NCBI GenBank assembly: GCA_002779395.1
Contig: PEWR01000061.1
Coordinates: 5,104-69,103, forward strand
Length of the DNA: 64,000 bases
DNA from: Ignavibacteriales bacterium CG07_land_8_20_14_0_80_59_12
GTDB lineage: Bacteria; Bacteroidota; Ignavibacteria; 0-14-0-80-59-12
Direction: 5' to 3'
A model generated the notes under the pieces. That model did not search any database. It saw only the letters and a program-made list of their open reading frames with translations, and had not been told where the DNA came from. Position numbers and translations under genes: made by a program. Below are positions 63,069 to 64,000 of this stretch, piece after piece (within the stretch, counting starts at the first letter, position 1; each line of letters starts with the position of its first letter).

Positions 63069-64000
63069 TCACGAGGGGGGCTCCTTCCATGCCTGGAGGC
63101 GTTCCTCAAATTCGTCCGCCGACGCTGCAGCCGTGGGCGCATCAGATGCCTCAACAATGATCGTGAAGACGGGCCGCGTCGGGTCCGGGAGGAGGAGAAT
63201 CGAATGCACGTTCCCTTCGCCGGACCGGTGGACTCTCACGCCGTCAATGAGGTCGCGCTCCATGCTCTCCGTGTACTCCATGATGCGGCGCATGACGGCC
63301 CCACGCGCGGTCCATGGGCAGGGCACGTTCCGAGCCACTCGGTGGAGCCGCGGCGTCTTCTCGTTGAGCTCCCCGATCTTCGTCCCCGTGATCGCCATGA
63401 GCTCCATGATCTTCGCAACGGCGAACATCGCGTCCGAGGCGAAGAGAAAGTCGCTGAATATGAACCCGCCGCGCGTGCCGCCGACGAATGGAAGGCCCTC
63501 ATCAAGCGCCGCCTTCATCATCGAGAGGTGACTATCCTTCGTGCGGAGGACTTCCACGCCCCTCTCCTGCGCGATGAGGTCGACCTCCAGCGTAGCCGAC
63601 GCCGGCACTGCAATTCTCTTCACCGACGGGTTCGCCTCGAGGTACAGCCAAGTCACAAGCGACAGAAGGCGCTGCGAATCGATGACGAATCCCTTCTCAT
63701 CGAGCGCCGTGAGCTTCTCCCCCCCAGCGTCGATTACCCAGCCGGCATCATAGTGGAGTGAAGTTACAACATGCGAGAGCTCCCGGATGGCGGCGTCGAC
63801 CTCCTCGTTCGGCCGTGTCAACTTCCGCGGGTCGATGTACGCGTTCACAGCGAGCACCTGGCAGCCGAGGGAACCGAGGATGTTCGGCATCATCGTCGAC
63901 GCAATGCCGTTGGAGTAGTCAAGGACAACCCGGAAATGCGCTTTCTCCATCGCACCAACGTTCAGCGCGGAGAGGAACTTCTCACGGTAGCTCTCCCTGA
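63069..64000 (-). CDS. Phosphomannomutase/phosphoglucomutase (alpha-D-phosphohexomutase). The N-terminal part runs off the window end.
   Basis: The frame stays open upstream of the track ATG (63950) to position 64000 (RESYREKFLSALNVGAMEKAHFRVVLDYSNG). Domains III-IV of the phosphohexomutase fold are present. Confidence 0.85.
   Translation of the reverse strand, partial: RESYREKFLSALNVGAMEKAHFRVVLDYSNGIASTMMPNILGSLGCQVLAVNAYIDPRKLTRPNEEVDAAIRELSHVVTSLHYDAGWVIDAGGEKLTALDEKGFVIDSQRLLSLVTWLYLEANPSVKRIAVPASATLEVDLIAQERGVEVLRTKDSHLSMMKAALDEGLPFVGGTRGGFIFSDFLFASDAMFAVAKIMELMAITGTKIGELNEKTPRLHRVARNVPCPWTARGAVMRRIMEYTESMERDLIDGVRVHRSGEGNVHSILLLPDPTRPVFTIIVEASDAPTAAASADEFEERLQAWKEPPS

Overview
This is a 64-kb window from a high-GC (about 62%) bacterium, most plausibly a non-Bacteroidetes member of the FCB group: it carries T9SS-type C-terminal sorting domains but uses canonical TTGnnn-N17-TAnnnT promoters (about eight found) rather than the Bacteroidetes TTG/TAnnTTTG type. 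Most of the window is densely packed housekeeping and metabolic genes: smpB, tyrS, a pyruvoyl-dependent arginine decarboxylase, manC, alr, the lat-pcd lysine catabolism pair, purB, htrA, plsY, ispB, tatC, glyA, rpiB, gmhB, glgA, guaB, purD, meaB, an acyl-CoA dehydrogenase and carboxyltransferase, a sigma54 response regulator, rlmB, lgt, hisS, ptsN and a phosphomannomutase. There are three minus-strand tRNAs (Arg-ACG, Glu-CTC, Gln-CTG). The accessory content is: (i) a ribose-type ABC importer (binding protein, ATPase, permease) apparently in one operon with a GH38 alpha-mannosidase, and nearby a second six-hairpin glycoside hydrolase, an esterase and a metallophosphoesterase, all secreted; (ii) the most interesting feature, a lower-GC (about 50%) island of about 5.3 kb at 6.7-12.05 kb. 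This island is punctuated by two truncated direct copies of an IS5/IS1182-type element and carries a small T9SS-sorted protein, a 677-aa Gly/Tyr-rich repeat fibre-like protein (30-bp DNA repeats encoding [S/N]SGYGVYGES units plus a 21-bp x3 heptad coiled-coil tail), a decayed T9SS-domain gene and a PQQ-propeller lipoprotein; (iii) a membrane-anchored heptahaem NapC/NirT-like cytochrome beside a His/Met-rich lipoprotein; (iv) a low-GC islet at the 3' end of tRNA-Arg with a Cys-rich two-helix membrane protein and a GNAT fragment; (v) a glutaryl-CoA dehydrogenase gene with a large in-frame internal deletion. I found no CRISPR array, rRNA gene or recognisable defence system.
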